DNA from: Myxococcales bacterium
GTDB taxonomy: Bacteria > Myxococcota_A > Polyangia > Polyangiales > DASUME01
Reading direction: 5' to 3'
DNA length: 64,000 nucleotides
NCBI GenBank assembly: GCA_047601445.1
Contig: JASGJH010000001.1
Location: 4,800,001-4,864,000 of the forward strand
This document shows, one piece after another, positions 1 through 9,194 of this stretch; within the stretch, counting starts at the first letter, position 1, and each line of letters begins with the position of its first letter. Under the pieces are notes generated by a model. The model saw only the letters and a list, made by a program, of their open reading frames with translations, made no database searches and was not told where the DNA came from. Made by a program: the position numbers and the translations under genes.

Positions 1-218
1 TCTGTCTGTTGCCACTCTGGATGGCGGCCCTCACGTTGGTGCACGCCCGCGGCAACGACGCCATGTTCTTGAGCGACGAAGAGGTGAAGATCTCTCGCCA
101 GTCCGTGGAGCAGGTCATCGCGGATTGCCTCGCGCATGTATCCGATGATGCCGCGCTCAAGGCGCGCTACCGCCAACTGTGGACGGTGCGCGAAGCACAA
201 GAAGAACGCCGCGCTTGA
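1..218 (+). CDS. Squalene/phytoene synthase family protein, C-terminal part (5'-truncated by window edge)
   Basis: Frame from nt 3 reads CLLPLWMAALTL...VKISRQSVEQVI, resembling the C-terminal FCxxPxxMAxxTL...VKI(S/R) segment of squalene synthases; ends 17 nt before the cyclase gene. Confidence 0.7.
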   Translation, partial: CLLPLWMAALTLVHARGNDAMFLSDEEVKISRQSVEQVIADCLAHVSDDAALKARYRQLWTVREAQEERRA

Positions 219-235
219 TCTAGGAGAGCATCCTG

Positions 236-2260
236 ATGGAAACGTTGAGTTCGATGGAGCGAAGCCCGAACCGAGACGTTCCTCCCAAGCCGCCCGTGTC
301 CGAGCCCGAGCTCGACACGCAGCTCGAACAAACCATCGATCGTGCCCTCGTCCACCTCGCATCTCAGCAGAGCGAGAGCGGCGCGTGGCTGGGCGACTAC
401 GGCGGCCCCATGTTCCTGTTGCCGATGTACATCGGCACCTGCTACGCGACGCAGACCACGATCCCCGAGGACGTGCGGGCCGACATGGTCCGCTACCTGC
501 GCAACACGCAGAACGCGGACGGCGGCTGGGGCCTCCACGTCGAGAGCCATAGCTACCTCTTCACGAGCACCATCATCTACGCGGCCCTGCGCTTGTGCGA
601 TGTGCCCGCCAACGATCCCGACCTGGTGCGCGCCCGCGCGTTCATCCACAAGCACGGCGGTCCCACCCACTCGGCCTCGTGGGGCAAGTTCTTCCTGTGC
701 CTGCTCAACGTCTACGACTACCGCGGTATGAACCCGGTGCCGCCCGAGCTCTGGCTCCTGCCCAAGCAGCTCCCTATGCACCCCGGCCAGCTGTGGTGCC
801 ACTCGCGCATGGTCTCGCTGCCCATGTCCTTCCTGTACGCCAAGCGCGTGCAGATTCCGCTCGACGAACGCGTGCTCTCCCTACGCGCCGAGCTCTATCC
901 GCAGGGCTTCGAGGCCGTGGACTGGGAGCGCTCCCGCGACAGTGTGGCGGAGAGCGACGACTACGTGCCCGTGCACGCCCTGATGAAGGCCGCCAACCGC
1001 GTCTTGGGGGCCTACGAGGAGCTGCCCAACAAGCCGCTGCGCCCGCGCGCGCTGGCCGTGACACTGGAGCAAATCGACGCCGAAGATCAGAACACGAACT
1101 ACGTGTGTTTGGGCCCCGTCAACAAGCTCTATCACATGTGGGTCTGGCACCACGAGCGCCCCTACGGCACCGAGCTCAAGCGGCACCGCGAGCGTCTGCC
1201 CGAGTATCTCTGGAAGGCCAAGGACGGCACCAAGATGCAGGGCTATCACTCGTCGCAGCTGTGGGACACCACGTTCGCGGTTCAAGCGGTGCACGCGAGT
1301 GGCCGTGAGAACGACTACGCCAAGCTGCTCGAGCGCGCCCATCAGTTCATCGACGACAACCAGGTGCGGGAGGATCCGCCGCTCAAGGCGCAGAGCTTCC
1401 GCGACCCCACCAAGGGCGGCTGGTGCTTCTCGGCCAAAGACAACGGCTGGATCGTCAGCGACTGCACCGCCGAGGGTTTGCGCGCAGCCATGTTGCTCGC
1501 GCCCCGCGTGAAGACACCGCTCTCGAAGGACCGCCTGCTCGACGCGGTGGAGTACCTGCTGTGGAGCCAAACCCAGGGCGGCGGCTGGGCCAGCTACGAA
1601 CCCACGCGCGGCCCGCGCTGGCTCGAGAAGCTCAACCCCTCCAACTGCTTCCACAACATCATGATCGACTACCCGTACGTGGAGTGCACGGCGGCGTCGA
1701 TGCTGGCGCTCGAGCAGTTCCGCGAGCTCTACCCGAACGATCGCGAGGCCGACATCGCGCGCGCCATCGAGCGCGGCAAGAGCTTCCTGCTGCGTGAGCA
1801 GCGCTCGGACGGCTCCTTCGAGGGCTCCTGGGCCATCTGCTTCACCTACGGCACCTGGTTCGGCATCGAAGGTCTCAAGGCAGGCGGACTCGCCGAGAAG
1901 AGCGCGCCCATCCGCCGGGCATGCGAGTTCCTGATCTCCAAGCAGCTGCCCGACGGCGGCTGGGGCGAGACTGCGGAGAGCAACCTCAAGCGTACCTACG
2001 TACACGCCGAGAAGGGTCAGGCCGTGATGACAGCCTGGGCATTGCTCGCGCTGGTCGCAGGCGGCGAGGGCAAGTCACGGGCGGTGGAAGAGGGCATTCG
2101 CTTCCTGATCACCCAGCAGAGCGACGACGGCAGCTATCCGGACGAGCACATCGCCGGCATGTTCAACAAGAGCTGCGCCATTCACTACGAAAACTACCTC
2201 AAGGTCTTCCCGTTGTGGGCCCTGGGTGAGGCTCGCCGCGCACGCGGCGTGGGCAGGTGA
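236..2260 (+). CDS. osc: 2,3-oxidosqualene cyclase (probable lanosterol synthase)
   Basis: DYGGPMFLLP, LWCHSR, KMQGYHSSQLWDT, catalytic GWIVSDCTAE (DCTAE, not the DxDD of squalene-hopene cyclases), QW repeats (QNADGGWG, QLPDGGWGE), C-terminal GMFNKSCAIHY...FPLWALG. Confidence 0.95.
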   Translation: METLSSMERSPNRDVPPKPPVSEPELDTQLEQTIDRALVHLASQQSESGAWLGDYGGPMFLLPMYIGTCYATQTTIPEDVRADMVRYLRNTQNADGGWGLHVESHSYLFTSTIIYAALRLCDVPANDPDLVRARAFIHKHGGPTHSASWGKFFLCLLNVYDYRGMNPVPPELWLLPKQLPMHPGQLWCHSRMVSLPMSFLYAKRVQIPLDERVLSLRAELYPQGFEAVDWERSRDSVAESDDYVPVHALMKAANRVLGAYEELPNKPLRPRALAVTLEQIDAEDQNTNYVCLGPVNKLYHMWVWHHERPYGTELKRHRERLPEYLWKAKDGTKMQGYHSSQLWDTTFAVQAVHASGRENDYAKLLERAHQFIDDNQVREDPPLKAQSFRDPTKGGWCFSAKDNGWIVSDCTAEGLRAAMLLAPRVKTPLSKDRLLDAVEYLLWSQTQGGGWASYEPTRGPRWLEKLNPSNCFHNIMIDYPYVECTAASMLALEQFRELYPNDREADIARAIERGKSFLLREQRSDGSFEGSWAICFTYGTWFGIEGLKAGGLAEKSAPIRRACEFLISKQLPDGGWGETAESNLKRTYVHAEKGQAVMTAWALLALVAGGEGKSRAVEEGIRFLITQQSDDGSYPDEHIAGMFNKSCAIHYENYLKVFPLWALGEARRARGVGR

Positions 2261-2796
2261 CCCCCGCGCGGCTTGCCGTGCGTGTGGGTGTCATCGGTCT
2301 TGAGCACGCTGGGCGCCACCGCTTCGCCTAACTCGGGCCCCTCGTGATCGAGCAGTGAAGCCTCGTGGATGGCCTCGTCCGTGAGGTCCACTTCGTCCCA
2401 GGCATGGCTCGCGCCTTGCCCGGTGTTGAAGGGACGCGTCTGCGCCAGCCTGGGTGTATTCGGGGGCGGCGGGAGCCCGCGGGCCAAACGCTTGGTCGGC
2501 CCGTTCGCCATGGCCCTGAGCAGCGCGCGCTCCCATGATTTCAAGCTTCCCGCCTCGGCTTCGAGCTCGAGCGCGTCGCTGAGCGCGGCGCCGTCGTCGC
2601 TCGGGAAGTCGTCCTCGTTGAGTTCGCGCGGCCACTCGGAGTTCACGCTCTGCTCCACCGCCGACGCCAAGAACTGCTTGCCGAGGTCGTCTGGATCCAC
2701 GGAGAGCCCCGACTCCGCGGGCGCCACCGATCCGACCTGCTCGGAGATGTGCGTTGGCTGCGCGGTCACCGAAAGAGATGTCTTCAGCGTCGCCAT
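2194..2796 (-). CDS. Hypothetical acidic low-complexity protein
   Basis: ~200-aa ORF filling the gap between cyclase and hydrolase; 3' end overlaps the cyclase end convergently; no recognisable motif. Confidence 0.45.
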   Translation of the reverse strand: MATLKTSLSVTAQPTHISEQVGSVAPAESGLSVDPDDLGKQFLASAVEQSVNSEWPRELNEDDFPSDDGAALSDALELEAEAGSLKSWERALLRAMANGPTKRLARGLPPPPNTPRLAQTRPFNTGQGASHAWDEVDLTDEAIHEASLLDHEGPELGEAVAPSVLKTDDTHTHGKPRGGHLPTPRARRASPRAHNGKTLR

Positions 2797-2862
2797 ACGC
2801 AATTCAATCTGGCGCCGTCGTGGGACGCTTGCCAGGTCTTTCCACCTTGCACTCGCGAAACA

Positions 2863-3729
2863 CTAGGCGGCGGAGGCGCGGCGGTACTCCGGAGACAATG
2901 CCGCTTCGCGCTTCCAGGCCTCGAGCAGGGCGCGGTTATCGTGTTGCCAGGGATGAAAGTTCACTTTGAAGAAGGCTAGATAGGGCTTGAGCAAGCTCTG
3001 TAGACCGCGCGGCCGAAACACGAAGCGACCGAGCTCGCTCCAGGCGCCGACGCTGCCGAGAATGCCGTCGGCGTGCATCAACCTCAGCTGCTGCTCCACC
3101 ACCTTGCCCCAGAAAATGGCGGTCGTACCGAGCATCACCACGGCGCGCTCGGCGTAGGTCCCGCCCACCTGCTCGAAGACGTCGAAGGCCACCGCCTTGT
3201 GCTCGTTCTCCTCGGCCGCGTGCCAGCGCCAGAGCGCCGCCATGGCCGGGTGGGCGCCCTCGAGCAAGGTCGAGTCAGGCTGGAGCAGAAGTTCGGCGAG
3301 CAACGCCGTGAAGTGCTCGAGGCAGACGGTGACCGCGAGCTGGATACGCTTGGGATCGTGGCGCACGCCCGCCAGGATGCGCTCGATGCGGCGCTCCATC
3401 GCGTCGATGGGAAACCCCTGGGCGCGCAGCATCTCGTTGTACCGTACGTGCTCGCGGCTGTGGATGCCCTCCTGGGCGCAGAACGCCTGCACTTGCCGGC
3501 GCAGGGGCTCGCTCCGAAGCTGCTCACGATAGGCCTTCACGCTGTGCACGAAGAAGCGCTCACCGGGCGGAAAGAACACCGACAGGTTGTTGAAGAGCAA
3601 CGTCACGGGCCGCGATCCGTTGTGCCAGTAGCGCGGCACCGCGGGGCCCACATCGAAGCAGAAATTTCGGATCTCGGGGATCGGCTCGGCGCCTGCTTGG
3701 TCGGGCATCGAGCGGCTCGCTTGCGACAT
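2863..3729 (-). CDS. Predicted metal-dependent hydrolase (ferritin-like, PF10118-type)
   Basis: FPPGERFF, QEGIHSREH, LEHFTA, WHAAEENEHKAVAFDV, FHPWQHD motifs. Confidence 0.85.
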   Translation of the reverse strand: MSQASRSMPDQAGAEPIPEIRNFCFDVGPAVPRYWHNGSRPVTLLFNNLSVFFPPGERFFVHSVKAYREQLRSEPLRRQVQAFCAQEGIHSREHVRYNEMLRAQGFPIDAMERRIERILAGVRHDPKRIQLAVTVCLEHFTALLAELLLQPDSTLLEGAHPAMAALWRWHAAEENEHKAVAFDVFEQVGGTYAERAVVMLGTTAIFWGKVVEQQLRLMHADGILGSVGAWSELGRFVFRPRGLQSLLKPYLAFFKVNFHPWQHDNRALLEAWKREAALSPEYRRASAA

Positions 3730-3999
3730 GATCTACCTCCGAGCCTGCGCACGCAGCTCTTAGAAGCCTGCGCCGCCGAGCCGTTCGCCGGTGCCTCTTC
3801 GATTGGTCATCTGAGGCCAATTCTGCGGGAAATAGCGCGGCGATTCTCCTCGCTGAGGCGTAAATGCACCGCACAGCCCCTGGACCGCATGGGAGCGCGC
3901 TACCGGATCGAACCGAAAGCCGTGCGATTCGTGCGGGCGCTTTGTGCGGAGGCGGGAGAGTCGGGCTACTTTTTCGCCGCCCTCGGAGAAAGCTCCCGC

Positions 4000-6360
4000 A
4001 TGTCGCGCTTTACCTGGTTCTTGTGTGCTTCGCTGCTGTTTGCTTGCCGTCCAGCCGCTCCGCTCGAGCTCTCGACCGCGAGTCTGCCCCCGATCTCCGT
4101 GCCCCAGGCCCCCGAGACGCCGCAAGAGCGCGCGCACGATGCCGCGTTGTTCAAGGCAGCCAAGCAGACCTTCGATCAGCGCTGCGTGGTCTGTCATGGC
4201 TGCTACGACGCGCCTTGCCAGCTGATCTTGAGCTCCTTCGAGGGCGTGACGCGCGGCGCGAGCAAGGACAAGGTCTACGAGGCGACACGCCTGCGCGCGG
4301 CCCTACCCAGCCGGCTCTTCATCGACGGCCGCAGCGTACCCGAGTGGCGCGACAAGGGCTTCCATCCGGTGCTCCCGGAAGGCATGGAGCGTGACCCTGG
4401 TGGGAGCCTCTTGTTGCGCATGCTGGAGCTCAAGCGCGAACATCCCTTGCCGCTCGGACAGGGTTTGCCCCAGGGCTTCGAGCTCGGCCTCGACCGCGAG
4501 GCCAGCTGCGCCGCACGCGAGGAGTTCCCCAAGTACAAGGAGGAGCACCCGCTGTGGGGCATGCCGTATGCGCTGCCCGGGCTCGATGAGCAGGAACACG
4601 GCAGCGTAACGCGCTGGGTGGAAGCAGGTGCACCGGCCGCACAGCTCGACACGTTGCACCCCGACGTACTCGACTCGATCTCGCGTTGGGAGGCCTTCCT
4701 CAATGAGCCGAATCCCAAATCACGCCTGATGGCGCGCTACATCTACGAGCATCTGTTCCTGGCCAACCTCTACCTTTCGGATCTGCAGCCCGCCGATACC
4801 GAGGCCGAGAGCCGCACCTTCTTTCGCCTCGTGCGCTCGCACACGCCGCATGGCGAGGCCGTGGACGAGATCCCGACGCGCAGGCCCTTCGACGACCCGG
4901 GCACCAGTGGTTTCTACTACCGCTTCGTACGCAAGCACGACACCACCCTGGCCAAGACCAACATGCCCTACGCGCTCAACGACGCGCGCATGGCTCGCTG
5001 GCGCGAGCTGTTCCTCACGCCGACCTACGAAGTCACCGAGCTCCCGTCCTACGAGCCCGAAGCCTCCGCCAATCCTTTCCGCGCCTTTCACGCCATTCCT
5101 GCCAGCTCGCGCTACCGCTTCATGCTGGACGAAGCCGAGTTCACCATGATGGGCTTCATCAAGGGCCCGGTGTGTCGTGGACAGGTGGCGCTCGACGTCA
5201 TCCAGGACCGCTTCTGGATCACCTTCGTGGACCCGGACTCGCCCGTGCTGGAGGCCGAGGACGCGTTCCTCTCGAACGTGACCGATCGCCTGGACTTGCC
5301 CGCCGGGGACGGCAGCAACGGGCACTTGTTGAGCTGGCTCCGCTATGCGCGCAACGAGAAGAAGTACCTGGAAGCCAAGAGCCAACTGCTGGCCAAGCTC
5401 GCGCAGGTGCCCGGGCGCGTGAGCCTGGACCTGGTGTGGGACGGCGACGGCAGCAACGACAACGCTGCGCTCACCGTACTCAGGCACTACGACAGCGCCA
5501 CGGTGATCAAGGGCTTCGCGGGGACGGCCCCCAAGACCGCCTGGCTGGTGAGCTACGCCATCCTCGAGCGCATCCACTACTTGCTGGTGGCGGGCTTCGA
5601 CGTGTTCGGCAACGTGGGGCATCAGCTCAATACCCGCATGTACATGGACTTCTTGCGGATGGAGTCGGAGTTCAACTTCCTCGCCTTGCTGCCCAAGTGG
5701 CGCAGGCGCCCGCTGGTGGACGCATGGTACCGCAACGTGAGCGGTTCGGTGCGAGACGAGGTCTACGGCAAGATCGCCCAGTTCAACCAGGACACGGACA
5801 TCGCGTACAAGACCAGGCAACCCGAGCTCGAGCTCTACGAGATGCTCAACAGCAAGCTCGAGCCGGTGCGGCGAGCACAGCGCGCGCTGGAGGAGGAGCC
5901 CGACGCGAGCGCGCGCGTGGCCCTGGAGCGATTGGTGGCAAGCGTGGGAATCGCGGCCTCGCTGCTGCCGGAGACGAGCTTCCTCGAAGTGCGGCGCGCG
6001 AACCAGGAGTCCGTGTACTTCACCATCTTGCGCGACAGCAGCCACACCAACGTGGCGCACATGTTCCGCGAAGATGCCCGGCGCGTGCCCGCGGAGGATC
6101 GCCTGAGCGTGCTGCGCGGCTTCGTGGGTGCCTATCCAAACGCGCTGTTCAGCGTGGCCGAGGCGGAGCTCGCGGCCTTCGTGGAGAGCGCTCTGGCCCT
6201 GCGAGACACCAACTCCTATACGCTCTTTCACGCGCGCTTCGGGGTCAGCCGCGCGAGCCCCACGTTCTGGTCCACGCTCGACGCCATGCACCGCGCCTAC
6301 GCTGCGCTTGCACCACTCGAGTCGGGCTTGTTCGACCTCAATCGCCTCGACCCCAACTAG
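4000..6360 (+). CDS. cti: Fatty acid cis/trans isomerase (heme c)
   Basis: ATG at 4000 gives lipoprotein-like signal (LLFAC); CVVCHGCYDAPCQL heme motif, YEHLFLA, FIKGPVCRGQVAL, YYL/HYL-LVAGFDVFGN, GLFDLNR end; the longer 3073 start overlaps the opposite-strand gene. Confidence 0.92.
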   Translation: MSRFTWFLCASLLFACRPAAPLELSTASLPPISVPQAPETPQERAHDAALFKAAKQTFDQRCVVCHGCYDAPCQLILSSFEGVTRGASKDKVYEATRLRAALPSRLFIDGRSVPEWRDKGFHPVLPEGMERDPGGSLLLRMLELKREHPLPLGQGLPQGFELGLDREASCAAREEFPKYKEEHPLWGMPYALPGLDEQEHGSVTRWVEAGAPAAQLDTLHPDVLDSISRWEAFLNEPNPKSRLMARYIYEHLFLANLYLSDLQPADTEAESRTFFRLVRSHTPHGEAVDEIPTRRPFDDPGTSGFYYRFVRKHDTTLAKTNMPYALNDARMARWRELFLTPTYEVTELPSYEPEASANPFRAFHAIPASSRYRFMLDEAEFTMMGFIKGPVCRGQVALDVIQDRFWITFVDPDSPVLEAEDAFLSNVTDRLDLPAGDGSNGHLLSWLRYARNEKKYLEAKSQLLAKLAQVPGRVSLDLVWDGDGSNDNAALTVLRHYDSATVIKGFAGTAPKTAWLVSYAILERIHYLLVAGFDVFGNVGHQLNTRMYMDFLRMESEFNFLALLPKWRRRPLVDAWYRNVSGSVRDEVYGKIAQFNQDTDIAYKTRQPELELYEMLNSKLEPVRRAQRALEEEPDASARVALERLVASVGIAASLLPETSFLEVRRANQESVYFTILRDSSHTNVAHMFREDARRVPAEDRLSVLRGFVGAYPNALFSVAEAELAAFVESALALRDTNSYTLFHARFGVSRASPTFWSTLDAMHRAYAALAPLESGLFDLNRLDPN

Positions 6361-6600
6361 CTCACGCATGGCGCGCGAGGCGAGCGCGTCCCGGCCACAA
6401 CGAGCGCGAATTCCACGGGTGAAATGGGGTTCGCGACACATCCCCGCTGTGCCGAGGCAGGCGTGTGCGCAAGGTCAGGTGCGAAGGTGTGGGCCGAAAT
6501 CGCGTTCGAAAGCCCGCAGCTCGGGCGCCGCTTCCTTGTGATGGGAACATCGAGCGCCCTACCATCGTAAGTCCTTTTACCTCGTTCAAGGATCGTCCTG

Positions 6601-8403
6601 ATGCCGAATCCAGGTCTTCACCTCGCTCGAATCCTCCGTGCGCACTGCCTGGCGAGCTCCATCGCGCTCGCCTGCACGAGCGGGCTCGCAGGCTGCTCCG
6701 ACGACGCCGCGCACGAGTCCGGGCCCACAGACGAAGCGAGCGCACAAATCGGCAAGGGCGGCGGCACGCTGAAGACCAAGGACGTCACGCTGGTGATCCC
6801 CGCTGACGCGCTCGATGGTGACGTCGAGATCACGATCAAGAACAAGGGCTTCACGGCGCCCGCCGATCTCGATGTGAAGCAGGCCTCGGACGTCTTCGAG
6901 TTCGGTCCGTCGGGCACCAAGTTCAAGAAGGATGTGGAGGTTCAGTTCCACACTGACAAGGACGACGCCCAGCAAGCCGTGTACTTCACCAAGGAGAACT
7001 CGACCGAGTTCGAAAAGATCGCCAGCGAGAAGCGCGCAGGAGAGCCGGGCAAGGGACCCGATCTGGTCGCCAAGACCAGCCACTTCAGCGAGGGCTTCGT
7101 GGGGGTCCCGAATGATGCGCTCGACGGCGGCAGTCAGCCCACGCCCACGGGAGATGGCGGCGCGCTGGATGGCGGGGCCGGAGATGCAGCGCCCGACGGT
7201 GGCCCGGCGCCGCAGGTCAAACACGTGGTAGTGCTCAGCAAGGACCGCTTCGGTCTCGCGGTGAATCAGACCTGGGCGGCGTTTCAGGATGCCGATGGGG
7301 CATGGCAGCCGCTCGCTGCGTCGAGCACCGTGGGCATCTACCAGTTCGATGTCACAGGGTCTCGCTACGCGGTCGCCTTCATCTGCGCCAACGCGGCTGC
7401 AACGGCCTCTGCGGGCAGCATCTGGCTCGAGCCGAGCACCACCTCCACGCTCGAGGTCGAGAGTCTGGGTACGGACTGCGATGTCGGAACGGCAGCCGCC
7501 GAGCACTACGATGACGGTACGCTCAACCTCGGCAGCGCCACGGTCTGGCGCTACGGCTCAGCGCTCGAAACGGGCGGCGAGATCGTCCAGACGGGAACGA
7601 CCACCGCGAAGTTCGCTCACTTCGTCCATCAGCAGCCCAATGACCTCTTGCTTGGCTCCGGCACGGGTAACTTGTCGCTCACGCGGCTGCTGTTCGATCG
7701 CGACATCACGCTGAGCGCCGACGCAAGCGGCAGTTATCGCGATATGGTAAAGCAAGGAACCGCCGTGACCGCCAATCTTTCGGCGCAGGCATCCAACGCG
7801 AGCGCGCTGACCACCGTCGACGTGCGCTACACGACCCGCGGCACCGAGGACGGGCTCTGGCTCAACACGGCCGCCACCTTGGGCACCAGCACTCGCTCGG
7901 CCCAGTTCGCGGTCGTTCCGGATGCCATGCGGGTCGCCACGGATCGCTATCTGCTCCTGGCGGACGAACAGGACACCAGCGCCTGGCGCACCGCGAGCGT
8001 GACGGCCTACGCTCCGAACAACCTCGGCGTCGCGCTGCCTGCCGCCTTCCCGGTGACGTTCTCCTCAGCTGCCACGCCCTACTTGCGACCGACCTACGCG
8101 TTCACGCCAACCGCAGACGCCGAGCACTACATCTTCAACATGATCTACCAGGTGCAGCGTTCGTTCTCGCACGACTTCGTGATCACGCTCGCGCCGGGCT
8201 GGCTCGGCGGAGCAACCAACGCCTCCGTGAGCTTCCCCGACTTCTCTCAGGTGACCGGCTTCAATCTAGCGTGGGTGCCCCCTGGCGTGCTTCCGCAGGG
8301 CCAAACCGTGAACCTCGACGGCGCCGTGCAGACCCGCAAGGCGGACGCGGCCAGTACCGTGAGCAGCGTGTCGGGTCAGCGCCAGCAGCTCAAGGGGCCG
8401 TAA
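6601..8403 (+). CDS. Lipoprotein with N-terminal ZU5-like domain and beta-rich C-terminus
   Basis: Lipobox LAGC; GGTL...LVIPADAL...FEFGPSGTKF...TSHFS; Gly/Asp linker followed by beta-rich region. Confidence 0.75.
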   Translation: MPNPGLHLARILRAHCLASSIALACTSGLAGCSDDAAHESGPTDEASAQIGKGGGTLKTKDVTLVIPADALDGDVEITIKNKGFTAPADLDVKQASDVFEFGPSGTKFKKDVEVQFHTDKDDAQQAVYFTKENSTEFEKIASEKRAGEPGKGPDLVAKTSHFSEGFVGVPNDALDGGSQPTPTGDGGALDGGAGDAAPDGGPAPQVKHVVVLSKDRFGLAVNQTWAAFQDADGAWQPLAASSTVGIYQFDVTGSRYAVAFICANAAATASAGSIWLEPSTTSTLEVESLGTDCDVGTAAAEHYDDGTLNLGSATVWRYGSALETGGEIVQTGTTTAKFAHFVHQQPNDLLLGSGTGNLSLTRLLFDRDITLSADASGSYRDMVKQGTAVTANLSAQASNASALTTVDVRYTTRGTEDGLWLNTAATLGTSTRSAQFAVVPDAMRVATDRYLLLADEQDTSAWRTASVTAYAPNNLGVALPAAFPVTFSSAATPYLRPTYAFTPTADAEHYIFNMIYQVQRSFSHDFVITLAPGWLGGATNASVSFPDFSQVTGFNLAWVPPGVLPQGQTVNLDGAVQTRKADAASTVSSVSGQRQQLKGP

Positions 8404-8427
8404 TCGCCCAGCTCGACAGGGCAGGCC

Positions 8428-9093
8428 TCACCAGGGCAAGCGCTCACCGTTCTGGTGCCAGAAGCCGCCGCTGTCCGGGAGCGTGAGCGCGTCCATGCGC
8501 GCGATGAGCCCCTTGGCCGCCTCGTCGGGCGAGACGTTGCCCGTGTTGCGGGTCATGTCCGTTTGCACGTGCCCCGGGTGCAGGATGGCCACCGCGACGC
8601 CCTGGGGCTTGAGGTCGTGGGCGAGCGATACGCCCGCCATGTTGAGTGCGGCCTTGCTCATGCGGTAGCCGTACATCCCGCCCGAGCTGTTGTCGGCGAT
8701 GGAGCCCATGCGGCTCGTGACGAGGCCCACCTTGGAGCCCTTGCCGAGCCTTGCGCGCAGCGCCGCCACGCAGCGCAACGGGCCGAGCGCATTGATCTCG
8801 AACTGGCGCCGAATGTTGGCTTCGTCGAGCTGCTCCAGGCTCTCGAACGTGAGCACACCCGCGTTGCACAGGAGCCATCCCAGTTGGGTCTCGCCGAGCC
8901 GCCGCGCCAGGTCCGAAAGTCCCCTGGAATCCGTGACATCCACGCCGCTCTCCACGCGCACGCCGAGCCCGTCGAGTGCGGGCGACGAGCTGCGCACGGC
9001 CGCGATGACGTGGTCGCCGCGGTCCTTGAGCCGACGCGCCAGCGCGAGCCCGATACCGCGATTTGCCCCTGTAATGAGAACCGTTTGAGTCAT
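8428..9093 (-). CDS. Short-chain dehydrogenase/reductase, CsgA (C-factor)-like subfamily
   Basis: ITGANRGIG, NAG, TSRMGS, YRMSKAALN (YxxxK), LHPGHVQTDM, terminal LPW. Confidence 0.88.
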   Translation of the reverse strand: MTQTVLITGANRGIGLALARRLKDRGDHVIAAVRSSSPALDGLGVRVESGVDVTDSRGLSDLARRLGETQLGWLLCNAGVLTFESLEQLDEANIRRQFEINALGPLRCVAALRARLGKGSKVGLVTSRMGSIADNSSGGMYGYRMSKAALNMAGVSLAHDLKPQGVAVAILHPGHVQTDMTRNTGNVSPDEAAKGLIARMDALTLPDSGGFWHQNGERLPW

Positions 9094-9194
9094 GCGAAAT
9101 AGGCTACCCCTGGCTGGCCGGCGAGGCCACACTGTGCCGCCGAATGGAAGGCCCGGGTGCGCTCGCGCGTATCCTGAGGCTCGGAGGGGATCGA

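Noticed and set aside
236..2260. Squalene-hopene cyclase
   Set aside because: Has DCTAE rather than DxDD
3073..3999. Apparent 300-aa N-terminal extension of cti
   Set aside because: Mostly antisense to the hydrolase gene; the signal-bearing start is at 4000
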